Assembly: GCA_963713975.1 (NCBI GenBank)
Contig: OY970218.1
Location: forward strand, 1,312,001 to 1,376,000
Length of the DNA stretch: 64,000 nucleotides
DNA from: an uncultured Chloroflexia bacterium
GTDB taxonomy: Bacteria > Chloroflexota > Limnocylindria > Limnocylindrales > CSP1-4
Direction: 5' to 3'
Shown: positions 30,408 through 42,100 of the stretch, piece by piece
Numbering within the stretch: position 1 is the first letter of the stretch
Layout of the letters: the number at the start of each line of letters is the position of its first letter
The notes under the pieces: generated by a model
Seen by the model: only the letters and a program-made list of their open reading frames with translations
The model's database searches: none
What the model was told of the DNA's origin: nothing
Program-made: the position numbers and the translations under genes

Positions 30408-31739
30408 ATGGCTGACGCCAGGCCCTTCCACTGGGAGTACCACCCGGAGGCGCCGCCACCGGAGGCCTTCCGGATCGAGGGCGGGCGGCCCCTGCGGGGG
30501 ACCGTGCATGTCTCGGGGGCGAAGAACGCTGCCCTCAAGCTGCTCGCCGCCGCCGTCCTGACCGGCGAGCGGTGCCGCCTTGAGAACGTCCCCGAGATCG
30601 AGGATGTCCGTGTCATGACGGAGGTCCTGGTGGACCTCGGGGTCGTCGTCGACCATCCGGCACCCGGCGTCTACGAGATCGCCGCGGGCGACGTGGACTG
30701 GCAGTTCATCCCGCTCGAGGCCGCCGCCAAGATGCGTGCCTCGTTCATCCTGCTGGGCCCCCTCCTCGCACGGTTCGGGCGGGTCATCATCAGCAACCCC
30801 GGTGGGGACCGGATCGGCCGGAGGCCCGTCAACCTCCACGTGGATGCGATGCGTGCGCTCGGCGCCGAGATCGACTATCGCAACGGCTACTACTACGCCC
30901 AGGCCCCCGGCCGGCTCCGGGGTGGTGCGGTCACGTTCCCCCAGGTGACCGTGATGGGTACCGAGAACGCGATGCTCGCCGCGACGCTCGCGGACGGCCA
31001 CACGATCATCCGCCCGGCCGCCCAGGAGCCCGAGGTGGACGACCTGATCGTGTTCCTGGGCCAGATGGGCGCCGACGTCGAGCGGTCCGCGCCGGACACC
31101 ATCGAGGTCCACGGGCGCCGCCGCCTGCGAGGCGCCACCCACGTCGTGCTGCCGGACCGCATCGAGACCGGCACGTTCCTCGTGGCGGCCGCCATCACCG
31201 GTGGCAGGCTCACCCTGGAGAACGCGGCCTGCGACCAGGTGGGAAGCCTCGTCGAGATCCTCGGTCGCGTGGGGGTACCGGTCGCCTGCGGACGGACCGC
31301 GATCGAGATCGACGCGACCGGGCTCCGTCCGGGGGACCTGCAGCCCTGCGACATCGAGACCGCGCCCTACCCGGGACTGGCGACCGACCTCCAGCCGCCC
31401 ACGTGCGTGCTCCTCACCCAGGCGAGCGGCACGTCGCGGGTCCACGAGGCAGTCTTCGAGGACCGTATCGAGTGGCTGGCCGAGCTCCGGAAGCTGGGCG
31501 CACGGATCGACATCGTGGACGCGCACCACGCCTCGATCCATGGTCCGTCAAGGCTGCACGGTGCCGAGGCCTCCATCAGCGACCTGCGGGCGGGCGCCTC
31601 GCTCATCCTGGCCGCCCTCGCGGCGGATGGAGCGTCCCTGATCCACGGCGCGCACCACGTCCACCGTGGGTATGAGAACATCGACCGCAAGTTCCAACAG
31701 CTCGGTGCGAGCATCACCAGGTCGGCCGATCCGACCTGA
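30408..31739 (+). CDS. murA: UDP-GlcNAc 1-carboxyvinyltransferase (active-site Asp variant)
   Basis: [45 protein letters not shown]. Confidence 0.95.
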   Translation: MADARPFHWEYHPEAPPPEAFRIEGGRPLRGTVHVSGAKNAALKLLAAAVLTGERCRLENVPEIEDVRVMTEVLVDLGVVVDHPAPGVYEIAAGDVDWQFIPLEAAAKMRASFILLGPLLARFGRVIISNPGGDRIGRRPVNLHVDAMRALGAEIDYRNGYYYAQAPGRLRGGAVTFPQVTVMGTENAMLAATLADGHTIIRPAAQEPEVDDLIVFLGQMGADVERSAPDTIEVHGRRRLRGATHVVLPDRIETGTFLVAAAITGGRLTLENAACDQVGSLVEILGRVGVPVACGRTAIEIDATGLRPGDLQPCDIETAPYPGLATDLQPPTCVLLTQASGTSRVHEAVFEDRIEWLAELRKLGARIDIVDAHHASIHGPSRLHGAEASISDLRAGASLILAALAADGASLIHGAHHVHRGYENIDRKFQQLGASITRSADPT

Positions 31740-31825
31740 GCCGATCCCCTCCATTCCCGGCCATGACTTCCGCGCGGTGCCCTCGGGGGCCCGTCTGCGC
31801 TTCACGGAGTAGCATTCCCGCCGTC

Positions 31826-32824
31826 ATGAAGATTGGTATCGACCTCGGAACCGCGAACGTCATCGTCTATGTCAAGGGCAAGGGCATCGTCATCACCGAG
31901 CCCTCCGTCGTCGCGGTCGGCGAGGACAACAGGATCGTCGCGGTGGGCGAGGAAGCCCGTGAGATGATCGGCCGGACCCCCGGCAACATCCAGGCCATCC
32001 GCCCGATGAAGGACGGCGTCATCGCCGACTACGTCATCACCGAGGCCATGCTCCGATTCTTCATCGGCAAGGCCACCAAGGGCCGCATCGGATTCTCCCG
32101 GCCCGAGGTAATGATCAGCGTCCCGGCCGGGGTCACCTCCGTCGAGAAGCGCGCGGTCAGAGACGCCGCCCTCAAGGCCGGCGCCAAGGACGCGTTCCTG
32201 ATCGAGGAGCCGCTGGCAGCGGCGATCGGCGCCAACGTCCCGATCAGCGGGCCGTCCGGAAACATGATCATCGACATCGGTGGCGGCACGTCCGAGATCG
32301 CGGTCATCTCGCTCGGCGGGATCGTCGTGTTCAACAGCCTGCGGGTCGGGGGCAACAAGTTCGACGAGGCGATCACCTCCTACATCCGCAAGAAGTACAA
32401 CCTGATGGTCGGCGAGCGGACGGCGGAGGAGGTCAAGATCCAGATCGGCACGGCCCTGCCGCTGGAGCGTGAGCTCACGATGGAGGTCCGCGGCCGCGAC
32501 CTGATCGCCGGCCTGCCCCGCACGATCCCGATCACGTCCTCCGAGGTCATGGAGGCCATCGAGATCCCGCTCCAGCAGCTGGTGGCGGCGGTGCGCATGG
32601 TCCTCGAGCAGACCCCGCCCGAGCTCAGCTCGGACATCATCGACAAGGGCATGGTCATGTCGGGTGGCGGATCGCTGCTGCGCAACATCGACAAGCTGCT
32701 GACCCAGGTCACCGGGGTCCCCTGCCACGTGGCCGAGAACGCGCTCAACTGCGTCGCCCTGGGGACCGGCCTCGCGCTCGAGCACTTCGACTTCTTCAAG
32801 AAGTCCCTGGTCTCGCAGATCTAG
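31826..32824 (+). CDS. mreB: Rod shape-determining actin homologue MreB/Mbl
   Basis: [30 protein letters not shown]; no mreC or mreD adjacent (Mbl-like position). Confidence 0.95.
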   Translation: MKIGIDLGTANVIVYVKGKGIVITEPSVVAVGEDNRIVAVGEEAREMIGRTPGNIQAIRPMKDGVIADYVITEAMLRFFIGKATKGRIGFSRPEVMISVPAGVTSVEKRAVRDAALKAGAKDAFLIEEPLAAAIGANVPISGPSGNMIIDIGGGTSEIAVISLGGIVVFNSLRVGGNKFDEAITSYIRKKYNLMVGERTAEEVKIQIGTALPLERELTMEVRGRDLIAGLPRTIPITSSEVMEAIEIPLQQLVAAVRMVLEQTPPELSSDIIDKGMVMSGGGSLLRNIDKLLTQVTGVPCHVAENALNCVALGTGLALEHFDFFKKSLVSQI

Positions 32825-32849
32825 GAGCGCGAGTGCCATCCGGCGGGTC

Positions 32850-33587
32850 GTGGCGGTGAGCCGGGGAGCGCGGGCGTTCGTCGATCTGCACTGCCATACC
32901 TCGGCGAGCTTCGACTGCCTGGCAAAGCCCGAGAGCGTGGTCCGGGCAGCCGTCACTCGTGGAATCACCCACCTCGCGATCACCGATCACGACACCATCG
33001 ACGGGGCCCTCCTGGCGCGCGACGCCGCGCCCGAGGGTCTTACCGTGATCGTGGGCGAGGAGGTGAAGACGGCGGACGGCGATCTGATCGCGCTGTTCCT
33101 CGAGCATGCAGTTGCACCCGGGCAGCCCGCCGCGGAGACGATCGCCGAGGTTAGGGCCCAGGGCGGTCTGGTTGGCATCCCGCACCCGTTCGACAAGTAC
33201 CGCGGCTCGATGCTCAATGACCCGCGGCTCGAGGCCGTGGGCGGGCTCGTGGACTGGGTCGAGGCGCACAACGCGCGGGTGGTGGGCGGGACCGGCAACG
33301 AGCAGGCAGCGGCCTTCGCCCGGGAGCTCGGGCTGCCTGGCGTCTCGGTGTCGGACGCGCACAGCACGCTCGAGGTCGGCGTCGCCTACACCATGCTCGA
33401 AGGAGACCCGTCCACGCCGGAGGGGCTGCTGGCGGCCCTGGCCACGCTCGAGCTGGTTCGCGGCCGCGCAACCTACTTCGTGCGGCTGTGGACGCCCGTG
33501 GCCAAGGGGATCCAGCGGATCCGCGGCAATGGCCGCCGCCGGCCGGAGACCGGGGACCCGCAGGACCAGGCCGGGCGCGCCCGATGA
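32850..33587 (+). CDS. PHP-domain metal-dependent phosphoesterase
   Basis: DLHCHT, AITDHD, GEEV, PHPFD, SDAH. Confidence 0.9.
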   Translation: MAVSRGARAFVDLHCHTSASFDCLAKPESVVRAAVTRGITHLAITDHDTIDGALLARDAAPEGLTVIVGEEVKTADGDLIALFLEHAVAPGQPAAETIAEVRAQGGLVGIPHPFDKYRGSMLNDPRLEAVGGLVDWVEAHNARVVGGTGNEQAAAFARELGLPGVSVSDAHSTLEVGVAYTMLEGDPSTPEGLLAALATLELVRGRATYFVRLWTPVAKGIQRIRGNGRRRPETGDPQDQAGRAR

Positions 33588-34801
33588 CCGAGCCCGAGGG
33601 GCAGGACCATCGGCCGGTAGAGGGTGACGCCGCCGATCCGGTACGGTCCGATGCGATGGAGATCGGTGCGGAGCTGTCCGCCTCTAGCCCCCGGCCGGCA
33701 GGCAAGTCCGGCGCGATCCCCGCCGCTGCGCCCGGCGCGACCCCGGCCGACCCGGGCGTCATCGACGACGCGGTCGAGCGCGTCTCCCTGAGCAGCCGGC
33801 TGCGCCAGACGAAGACGATCGTCTCGATCCTCGTCCCGCTTGCCTTCATCGCCTTCTTCGTGGCTCTCAACGGCGCAACGCTGTCCAAGGTGCCGGGCCT
33901 GATCGCCGGTGCGAGCCCGCTGCTCGTCCTCGTGGCGTTCCTGGTCTTCTATGCGGGCTTCCCCCTGCGCGGCCTTCGCTGGGCAATGCTGCTCCGTGGG
34001 ACGGGGTTCAAGATCATGGTCAGGGACTCAACGGAGATCCTGTACCTGTCCTGGCTCGTGAACTGCCTCATCCCCGCCAAGCTCGGCGACGTGTACCGCG
34101 CCTATCTCCTGCGGATCAACAGCGATGCCTCGCTGAGCCGGACCTTCGGGACCGTGTTCATCGAGCGGGTCCTGGATATCTTCACGATCGCGTTGCTCGG
34201 CATCGCCGCCGGGTTCTGGAGCTTCCGCAACGGGCTCCCGCCGGAGATCCAGGCGGTCTTCGCGGTCGCGCTCGTGATCGTGGTCCTCCTTGCGGCGGCC
34301 CTGTTCACCCTCCGCAACTTCGGGCGCCGGATCCTGGTCGCCATGCGCTTCCTCCCCACGCGGATCGTGGAGTTCTACGACCGCTTCGAGCAGGGGGTGT
34401 TCGGCGCCCTGCAGCGCAAGCAGCTGCCACCCCTGGGCCTGCTGAGCATCGCCATCTGGATGACCGAGGCCCTCCGGCTCTACTTCGTCGTGCTGGCCCT
34501 CGACTTCCCGGGCGTGGAGCTCGGCATCTCAGGGGCCGTGTTCGTCGCCCTGATCGGCTCCCTCCTCACGGCCGTGCCCCTGAGCCCGGCCGGCCTGGGC
34601 ATCGTGGAGGCCGGGATCGTGGGCGTGCTCACCCTCGTCTACGGCGTGCCCCTGGCGGAGGCGACCGCGATCGCCCTCCTCGACCGGGTGATCAGCGTGT
34701 TCTCGGTCATCGTGTTCGGGTCGATCCTGTACGCGATCTCGGGCAAGCCGCGCGGCGAGGGGCTTTCGCATCCGACCGAGGCCGTCGCCCCCGCGACCTG
34801 A
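33584..34801 (+). CDS. Lysylphosphatidylglycerol-synthase TM / UPF0104 flippase-like membrane protein
   Basis: RGLRW, PAKLGDVYR, ERVLD, PLSPAGLGIVE. Confidence 0.85.
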   Translation: MTEPEGQDHRPVEGDAADPVRSDAMEIGAELSASSPRPAGKSGAIPAAAPGATPADPGVIDDAVERVSLSSRLRQTKTIVSILVPLAFIAFFVALNGATLSKVPGLIAGASPLLVLVAFLVFYAGFPLRGLRWAMLLRGTGFKIMVRDSTEILYLSWLVNCLIPAKLGDVYRAYLLRINSDASLSRTFGTVFIERVLDIFTIALLGIAAGFWSFRNGLPPEIQAVFAVALVIVVLLAAALFTLRNFGRRILVAMRFLPTRIVEFYDRFEQGVFGALQRKQLPPLGLLSIAIWMTEALRLYFVVLALDFPGVELGISGAVFVALIGSLLTAVPLSPAGLGIVEAGIVGVLTLVYGVPLAEATAIALLDRVISVFSVIVFGSILYAISGKPRGEGLSHPTEAVAPAT

Positions 34802-34996
34802 CCCGGGTCGGACGACCGGGACCCCCTGCCCCGATCGGGCTACGCCTGCACGCCACACGACCCCACCACACCGCCCGAACGTGTCGACGCGGGTGCACCG
34901 GCCACAGGTACCAACGGGGGATTGGGCGGACGCACCATCGGTCCGACACTGCAGTCATTCCCGCCTATGGCATGCGGGACCTAGCCCAGAGCGAGC

Positions 34997-35551
34997 ATGA
35001 CGACCGACAACGGCCGCGCCTTCAACGAGTGGCTCCGAGCCCAGCTCAAAGCCAAGAAGATGTCGCAGCGCCAGCTGGCGCAGCAGTCGGGTGTGGACCA
35101 CTCGACCATCTCACGCCTCATCCGTGGGGACCGTATGCCGTCGCTCGGCACGGCCACCAAGCTGGCCAGGGGCCTGCGCGAGATCCGCGACGACGCCGAC
35201 ACGAGCACCGCGCTGGGCGTGGTCTCGGTCGGGCCGCAGAACCCCACGGCACGCGTCGAATACTCGCTGCGCGCCGACGAGGCGCTCACCGAGGCCCAGG
35301 TCCGCCAGATCATGGAGTACTACCTCGCCGTGCGGGTACGCCGCTTCGCGCGGACGTACTCGAGCGTCGGGACCTCCGAAACAGGCAGTAGCGGCAATAG
35401 CGCCGCATCTGCCTCGGGCACCGTGTACGGGCGAGCCGCGGGAGCGGTTGGCACGGTCGGTGCACCCACGGTCCTGCGCGCAGCCCCACCTCAGCGCTAC
35501 GGAGCGCCGCGACCCGCGGTGCGTCCGGTGCGGCCTCCGGGCCGCCCCTGA
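34997..35551 (+). CDS. XRE-family HTH transcriptional regulator
   Basis: FNEWLR...MSQRQLAQQSGVDHSTISRLIRGDRMPS; low-complexity C-terminal tail. Confidence 0.85.
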   Translation: MTTDNGRAFNEWLRAQLKAKKMSQRQLAQQSGVDHSTISRLIRGDRMPSLGTATKLARGLREIRDDADTSTALGVVSVGPQNPTARVEYSLRADEALTEAQVRQIMEYYLAVRVRRFARTYSSVGTSETGSSGNSAASASGTVYGRAAGAVGTVGAPTVLRAAPPQRYGAPRPAVRPVRPPGRP

Positions 35552-35606
35552 ACCGAATTCCAGGGCACAGGCTCGCTCCACCCTCCTGGAGTGGGTCTCG
35601 GGGACA

Positions 35607-35638
35607 GCGAACGCCGGTCTGCAGGGGCCGGCGTTCGC
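35607..35638. terminator. Hairpin between convergent genes (possibly a bidirectional terminator)
   Basis: GCGAACGCCGGTCT / GGGCCGGCGTTCGC. Confidence 0.6.
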
Positions 35639-35671
35639 GATTCCGCGGACCCCAGTTGCAGGCGCCGGCGA

Positions 35672-37351
35672 TCAGGGGAGGTAGGCCGCGTAGACGGAGA
35701 TCACGCGCCGCGACCCGGCCTCGAACCGGCTGCGGAGGACGAACGTCCCGCGGTAGGGGTCGTCGGCGAGCCAGGCATCCTCCGCCGGGCCGCCGCAGGG
35801 CGCACCGACGACATCGTCGAACAGCGGGTCGCACACCAGGACGGCCATCGGCGTCTCCGCGGTGACCCCGGCGGGCAGCACCTTCGCACCGCGGCGCTCG
35901 AGCGGGAAGCGGAGCGCGTCGGCGGACTTGAACGATGGGATGCCGTCGAGCAGGAACGTGTCCCCGCCCGTGACCTCGAGCACGCGTGCCGCGGCCTCGT
36001 CGGCAAGGGGCCAGCCTCCATCGGCGGCAACGGCGGGCGGCCATGCCGTGACCTCGATCACGACGAGCACGGTGGCGAGCCCGAGGGCGGTCAGGCGCCC
36101 GGCGACAAGGCGTCCCGCGACCAGGACGCCTCCGGCCCGTCCGGCGCCGCCCACGGCCGGTCCATCGCCCGTGGGACGGGCCGGGCTCGCCAGCCCCGTT
36201 GCCAGCCGCGCCAGTCCGACACCCGTGAGCGCCAGCACGATGGGGTCCAGGAACGCGTGGTAGTGATCGTTGGGGAGGTCCGGGACCACCACCGCAAGGC
36301 TCGGGGCGAAGACCGCAAGGGCCACGACGGAGAACGCAAGCGCTCCCACGAGCCACCGGCCGGCGGCTACGTCCACCGGGGCAGCATCGCGCGCCGGCGG
36401 CTCGGTCACGGGCGCCGGCGGCCCGCCAATCCGTCGCCGCCCCAGGATCGCGATCGTGCCCACCAGCGTGACGATGATCGCCGTCACCAGCGAGACCCAG
36501 ATGCGCTCCGTGATGAGCCCCGTGAACGGCCAGGTGATCGCTCGGAGCCCTACGGTCACGACGCGCTCCGCCACGCCGCCCGCTGCTTCCCGCCCGCCCC
36601 CGGCCGCGTAGCCCAGGATCGCGCGTGACTCCGCGAACCCGTTCTGCAGCTCGTAGGCGGCCAGTGGCACGTAGCTGGCGGCGATCAGGAGCACTGCGCC
36701 CAGCCCGCCACGGAGCACGCCCGTCGTCGCCTGCCCGGCGCGGTGGCGCCGGACCAGGTCAGCGCCCCATGCCCACGCGAGCGGGACCACGATCACGACG
36801 CCCAGCACGTGGCACTGCATCGTGACCGCGGCGCCGATGCCTGCCAGGAGCCACCAGCGGGCCCGGCCGGTGCGACGCGCCATGATCGCCCCGGCGAACG
36901 CGAGCGCCGCGGCGACGGGGATGAGGTTGGGGTTCCAGATGAAGGTGGACTCGTCGATGCCGGCCGGCGAGAGCGCCGCGAACAGCCCGGCCGCGACCGC
37001 GGCCAGCGGGCCGCCGATGAGGCGTGCGAGCCACCACGTCGCCGCCACGGCGGCGATGCCGAACAGGGCGATCTCGCCGGTCACCGCCACCGGGTCCGCC
37101 GCCGACGCGATCGCGGCCGGGGCGAGCAGGTAGTAGTAGATGGCGCCGTGGTGGAAGGTGCCGATCGACGTCTTCGGTCCCAGGAGCGGGATCTCGCCGT
37201 CCACAGCCATCGCCCGCAGCACGAGCATGTCGTGCCCCTGGTCGGCATCCCAGCGTCCGCGCTCATCCAGGCCCGGCAGGCGTGTGAGCGCCGCCAGCAG
37301 CAGGATGGCCACGAGCAGGCCGGCCTCGAGCCAGCGGCCGCGACCCGTCAT
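35672..37351 (-). CDS. GT-C fold glycosyltransferase (GT39/GT83, PMT/ArnT-like)
   Basis: First TM followed by a WDADQ acidic loop; PLLGP, GAIYYYLLAP, FIWNPN; many TM helices. Confidence 0.75.
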   Translation of the reverse strand: MTGRGRWLEAGLLVAILLLAALTRLPGLDERGRWDADQGHDMLVLRAMAVDGEIPLLGPKTSIGTFHHGAIYYYLLAPAAIASAADPVAVTGEIALFGIAAVAATWWLARLIGGPLAAVAAGLFAALSPAGIDESTFIWNPNLIPVAAALAFAGAIMARRTGRARWWLLAGIGAAVTMQCHVLGVVIVVPLAWAWGADLVRRHRAGQATTGVLRGGLGAVLLIAASYVPLAAYELQNGFAESRAILGYAAGGGREAAGGVAERVVTVGLRAITWPFTGLITERIWVSLVTAIIVTLVGTIAILGRRRIGGPPAPVTEPPARDAAPVDVAAGRWLVGALAFSVVALAVFAPSLAVVVPDLPNDHYHAFLDPIVLALTGVGLARLATGLASPARPTGDGPAVGGAGRAGGVLVAGRLVAGRLTALGLATVLVVIEVTAWPPAVAADGGWPLADEAAARVLEVTGGDTFLLDGIPSFKSADALRFPLERRGAKVLPAGVTAETPMAVLVCDPLFDDVVGAPCGGPAEDAWLADDPYRGTFVLRSRFEAGSRRVISVYAAYLP

Positions 37352-38310
37352 GGGGTGTGGTCCTCGGCGGGGGCGCTCCGGCTCTTCGAGCTGCGGGTGT
37401 GGAACGCGGCGGCCGGCAGGTCCTCCAGCGGGCGGCCCTGGGCGAGATCCTGGACACGGGCGATGTTGACCGCGTCGTAGCCGTCGTCCATCCCGGGCGT
37501 CTCGACGATGTACAGGACATGGTCCAGGGCGGGGTGCACGACCACCCGCGCCAGCCCGGTGCCACCGATGCGGCCGGCCCCAACGTGCTCGTGCCGGTCG
37601 GCGTTGGAGCCCCGCTCCGCCCGCGAGTCGTTCAGGTGCACCATGTGGAGGCGATCGAGGCCGAGCCGCGCATCCAGTTCCTCGAGCGTCGCGTCCACGC
37701 CTTCGGCCGTGTCGATCGGGTAGCCGGCGCCCCAGAGGTGGGCGGTATCCAGGCAGAACCCGTAGCGCTCGCGGCCGATGCCCGTTCCCGCGATGGCGTG
37801 ATCGATGTCGCGCAGCTCCTCGATCGTGGCGCCCAGCCCGAAGCCGCTCCCGGAGCCGTTCTCCAGCACGAGGACCACGTCGGGCGCCGCGCCATCTACC
37901 GCGTCCAGCACGGTCCGGACGCCCACGGCGAGGCGCTCGGTACCGACGACGGGTCCATCGCCCCGGTGTGACCCGATGTGCACGTTCACGAACCGGGCTC
38001 CGTACGCACCTGCCACGCGGAGCTCGTTGACCAGCACGTCCACGGAGCGCCCGTGCGTGTCCGGGTCAGGGCCGGCCAGGTTGACGAGGTAGGGAGCGTG
38101 GATGGCGAGGGGCGCGATGTCCAGCGCGGACAGGCGGTCGCGGAACGCGGGGAGCTCACGGGGCAGGGTGGCGCGGCGACGCCAGGACGTCGGATTGTCG
38201 GTGAAGACCTGGAGGGCGGACGCGCCGATCTCGGCCGCGCGATCCGCAGCCTTGACCATCCCGTGACCCAGCGGCAGGTGCGCCCCAAGGCGCCGTCCGT
38301 TCGGAAGCAT
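37348..38310 (-). CDS. nfo: Endonuclease IV (AP endonuclease)
   Basis: LGAHL, HAPYLVNL, HIGS, LEN, CLDTAH, HLNDS, DRHEHVG, ETP. Confidence 0.93.
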   Translation of the reverse strand: MLPNGRRLGAHLPLGHGMVKAADRAAEIGASALQVFTDNPTSWRRRATLPRELPAFRDRLSALDIAPLAIHAPYLVNLAGPDPDTHGRSVDVLVNELRVAGAYGARFVNVHIGSHRGDGPVVGTERLAVGVRTVLDAVDGAAPDVVLVLENGSGSGFGLGATIEELRDIDHAIAGTGIGRERYGFCLDTAHLWGAGYPIDTAEGVDATLEELDARLGLDRLHMVHLNDSRAERGSNADRHEHVGAGRIGGTGLARVVVHPALDHVLYIVETPGMDDGYDAVNIARVQDLAQGRPLEDLPAAAFHTRSSKSRSAPAEDHTP

Positions 38311-38381
38311 GTTCTCGAAGGGTAGCCGAGCGTCGTCCGCCCGGAGGCGGCGTGTCAGCCTCCTCGGTAGAATCCGGCGTG

Positions 38382-39053
38382 ATGGACGCCGCACTACTTG
38401 CCGGTCTGCGCGCGCTCGTCGACCGGCACCGGCTGCGCATCGTGGCCCGACTGGCCGCATCGCCGACGGCCGCCGAGACGCTGGCCGAAGAGCTCCGCCA
38501 GCCACTGCCCGCCGTCCGGCGCCACCTCGAGATCCTGCTCGAGGCGGGTCTCGTGGAGCAGCCGGCCGATCAGCCTGAGCTGTTCCGGGCGCGGCTTGAT
38601 CGCGTCGGCCGGCTCGTTCGCGGCCTGGCCGACCTGGATCGCGAGGCGAATGGCGGCAGCCGCGGACCCGAGGGCGAGTGGCCGCACGATGGCGAGCCAC
38701 TGGCCGACACCCTCGCCCGTCTGGCGCCGACGCCAGCCGAGGCGAAGACGCTGCGGGCGCACCTCGTGGATGGGAGGCTCGTCACCATCCCCGCCCAACC
38801 GAAGAAGCGGCAGATTGTCCTGAGGTTCCTGCTCGAGCGGGTGTTCACGGAGGACCGTGATTACCCCGAGAAGGAGGTCAATCAGCGGATCGCGCTGTTC
38901 CACCCGGATGTCGCATCGTTGCGCCGGTACCTCGTGGACGAGGGGTATGTCGACCGCGCGGCAGGACGCTACCGGCGCCGGGCGCCACGACCGGACCGGC
39001 CGGCCGAGGGGAGACAGGACCAGCGGCACGAGGAGCGCCCCCCGGAGCCGTAG
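38382..39053 (+). CDS. ArsR-like HTH plus DUF2087 domain protein
   Basis: RLRIVARL...RRHLEILLEAGLV; IPAQPKKRQIVL, YPEKEVN, DVASLRRYLVD. Confidence 0.85.
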   Translation: MDAALLAGLRALVDRHRLRIVARLAASPTAAETLAEELRQPLPAVRRHLEILLEAGLVEQPADQPELFRARLDRVGRLVRGLADLDREANGGSRGPEGEWPHDGEPLADTLARLAPTPAEAKTLRAHLVDGRLVTIPAQPKKRQIVLRFLLERVFTEDRDYPEKEVNQRIALFHPDVASLRRYLVDEGYVDRAAGRYRRRAPRPDRPAEGRQDQRHEERPPEP

Positions 39054-39074
39054 TCGCCGCCCGCCCTGGGCTCG
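38956..39074 (+). repeat. Left copy of the diverged direct duplication around the 1041-aa gene
   Basis: 38956-38993 matches 42376-42413 (35/38); 39050-39074 matches 42497-42521 (24/25). Confidence 0.85.
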
Positions 39075-39106
39075 GCCGGCGCGTAGCCCGGCCGAAGGGC
39101 GCTTCT

Positions 39107-42100
39107 CTACGGCTGGACGATGGGCACGTAGCCCGTGGAGGTCGTGACGGCGCCCTCGAACCCTCCCATGCCACCGGTGAAGTCGAGTGCGACGGGCGTC
39201 CCCGACCCGTCTCGGATGATCGTCACGGGGATGGACCCTCCTTCATCCGTGTAGCTCTGCGGAGCCCCTCCGTAGAAGTGCACGTAGGTGCCGGTTCCCT
39301 GGAAGCCAAAATAGAGCGCGGTCGACGTGTCCGTGAGGAGGGATGCCTGCACGAGCGCGTTGCCGGAGAACGTGTTCTGCCAGGTGGGTAGCGCCTGGTT
39401 GCTCGAGCCGTTCCAGATGCAGGCGTAGTCGAAGACGCTGTACACGTACGTCCCGCCAGTCACGAGGACGAGGATCGTCCCGTCGGACTGCAGGTGCGCC
39501 GATGCGGCCACCTCGAGCGTGCCACTCCCGAATCCCCCAGAGGTCAGCGGGTTCTCGAGGCAGTCACTGTCAGTGATCGGGCCGGGGTATGCAAACTGGG
39601 CGTGGATCGTCGCCGAGTCCGAGTCATTCCCGAGAACGGCGATCGACAGCGCCTTCGTGGCGGTCTCGCCCCATTCGGGATCCTCGACCTGCACGGTGAC
39701 AGGGAACGATCCGGCCTTGGTGGGTGTCCCTGAGATCGTGCCGTCGGGGTCGAGCGTGAGCCCGTCCGGGAGCTGGCCGCTTGTGATCGTCCAGACGAGC
39801 TCGTCGGCGGGACGGTTGGCCCCGAGGACGACGGAGTAGGCCGTATCGAGGTCGGCGCCGGGCAGCGACTCGGTCGTGATGCGCAGGCTGTCCTCGACGA
39901 TCGCCAGCTCGAAGAATCCGCTCGAGGAGCCGAGCGTGTGGCCGACGTCGGCGGTGAGCATGAAGAACCCAGACTCCTCGGGGGTGCCGGCGAGCAGACC
40001 GGTCGGCGACAGCGACAGCCCTTCGGGAAGGACGCTGCCGGCGGCGAGCGAGTAGACGGGGTTGCTCGCTCCATCGGGGATCTGGACGGCGAGCTGCTCG
40101 GAGTAGGGTTGGCCGGTCGTGCCGTCGGGCAGGGTCGTGGTCTCCTCGCAGGGAAGCGGTGTCGGGATGTGCGTGCTCGCCAGGAGGTACGGGCTCCCCG
40201 CCAGCGCCCACTCGTTCTCCACCTCCAGGTCGATGTTGGCGAGGGGCTCAAGCATCTCGCCGAACCAGTCGGACGGCTTGAGCGACACCTTGAGCTTCGC
40301 GGGCTGCTCGAGCTTGAGATTGGGGTTCTTGCACGGCGCGAGCGTCGCGGTCAGCCCCGACTCGAGCGCAAGTGTCGGCGCAACGACCCCGTAGAGGAGG
40401 AATCCGACCGACGGTTTGAGCGTGAAGCTAGCCTCGAGCTTGCCCTCCAGCTCGGTGGTGAGGTTGCCGGTGAACAGCGCCTCGCTGTCGAAGTCGACCG
40501 AGCCGCTCGATCCGGGCTCGATGTCAATCTTGACGACGCCGGACATGCTGCCGGTAGCCGAGGCACTCGCCGTGAGCTCGACCTCCGCCTTGCCCTCGAG
40601 CTTGGCTTCGATGCTCACCTCGGGCCTGACGACGACAGGCACTGGTCCCACGAAGATGACCTTGGTCCCAAGCGAGTAGTCGTCGAGGAAGGCAAAGGTC
40701 GCGTTGCAGGCGACGGTGCCAGTGGCCGAGAACTCGGCCCCGAGCTCGCCCTGGAGGCCGAGACCGGCGCGGATGTGTGCCTCCTCGTCATCCCACGTCG
40801 CATTGAACACGACGTCCGGTTCAAGGCTGAAGACTGGCTTCACCTTCAGGACGGGGTCGTCGTCGCCGGAATCGGAAGGACAGCCGAACCGGAAGCGGCC
40901 CGGTTCGGCGATCGTCCCCACGGCGCCTCCCGCCGCGGCCGCGATGCCCGCCGCGGTAGCGGAGCCCTGCGCGCGGGCTCGGCCGTGCGCGCGGGCACTG
41001 CCGGAGACCATGCCGGAGACGAGGCTGGTGGGGATCGCCTCGATGAAGCCGTCCGTGGTGGTCGGCTCGAAGTCCGGCAGCTCGAGATCGGAAGGGTCGA
41101 AGGAGAGGCTGATCTCGCCCTCCGGCATGGCGTCCGACAGTGTCGCCGGCTCCGTCGTCACGACCAGGGCGCCGTTGGCACAGGCTCCGATCGAGAGCAC
41201 GCGGCGAAGCAGGCCGTCGGGCGTGTGCTCGCCGACCGAGGCCGCCAGCACGTCACCGGGCGTGAGCGGCGTGGGGCCGTCCGCGACATAGCAGGGCAGG
41301 GTTACCGACAGGGCCCCAGCCGGATCGCCCGACGCGCCGAGCACGGCCGGCGGGGCGATCACCTTCGTCGTGACGGGGGCACCGTTGCCGGCCCCCGAGA
41401 CGGCCGACGTTGCGGCGAGCGAGTCGATCGCGACGAAGCCCACGCCCGTTCCGGGAAGGGCCGTTGGTGTGCCGTCGCGTACCTCGACCCTGCCGGCCAG
41501 ATCAACGAGTGCCCAGCCCTCCGCCCCGAACGAGGCGATGTCCGACACGCGAGGCGCTGATGATCCGCGTGGCCCTCGCTCCCCCTCGGCGTCTCCGAGG
41601 GCGGCCACCGAGCCGTTCAACCGCGCCACCCAGGCACCCTCGCCTGTTGGCGTCGCTGCGATCCCGACCGCCGGCGAAGTGCTCACCGGTGCGTCGGGAA
41701 TTGGCTGCGCCCCACCGAGCTCCTGGACTTCGCCGTCTGAGCGCAGCGCCCAGACGCCGTCGCCGCCCGGGGCAATCACGATGTCGACGAGCGGCGGGAA
41801 CAGGTGCGACCGGCCGCCGGCGGGCCCGCCGACCGGGTCGGCGTCCCCCAGTGCGCGGACCGTGCCGTCGAGGAAGCCGACGTAGGCGCCACGACCGGTC
41901 TGCGTGAGCACGATCGCGGTTGGGAACGCGAACAGACGCGGGAAGCTCACGCGGCTGAAATGCGCAGCGTCGCCGTAGGACGTGATCGTCCCACCCACGT
42001 CGAGCGTCACATAGCCGCGGCCCGACGGCGACAGCGAGAGATCGACGACCTGCAGCGTCGGCTTGCGCGCGAACGCAGGCACATCCACCGACCGGGTGGC

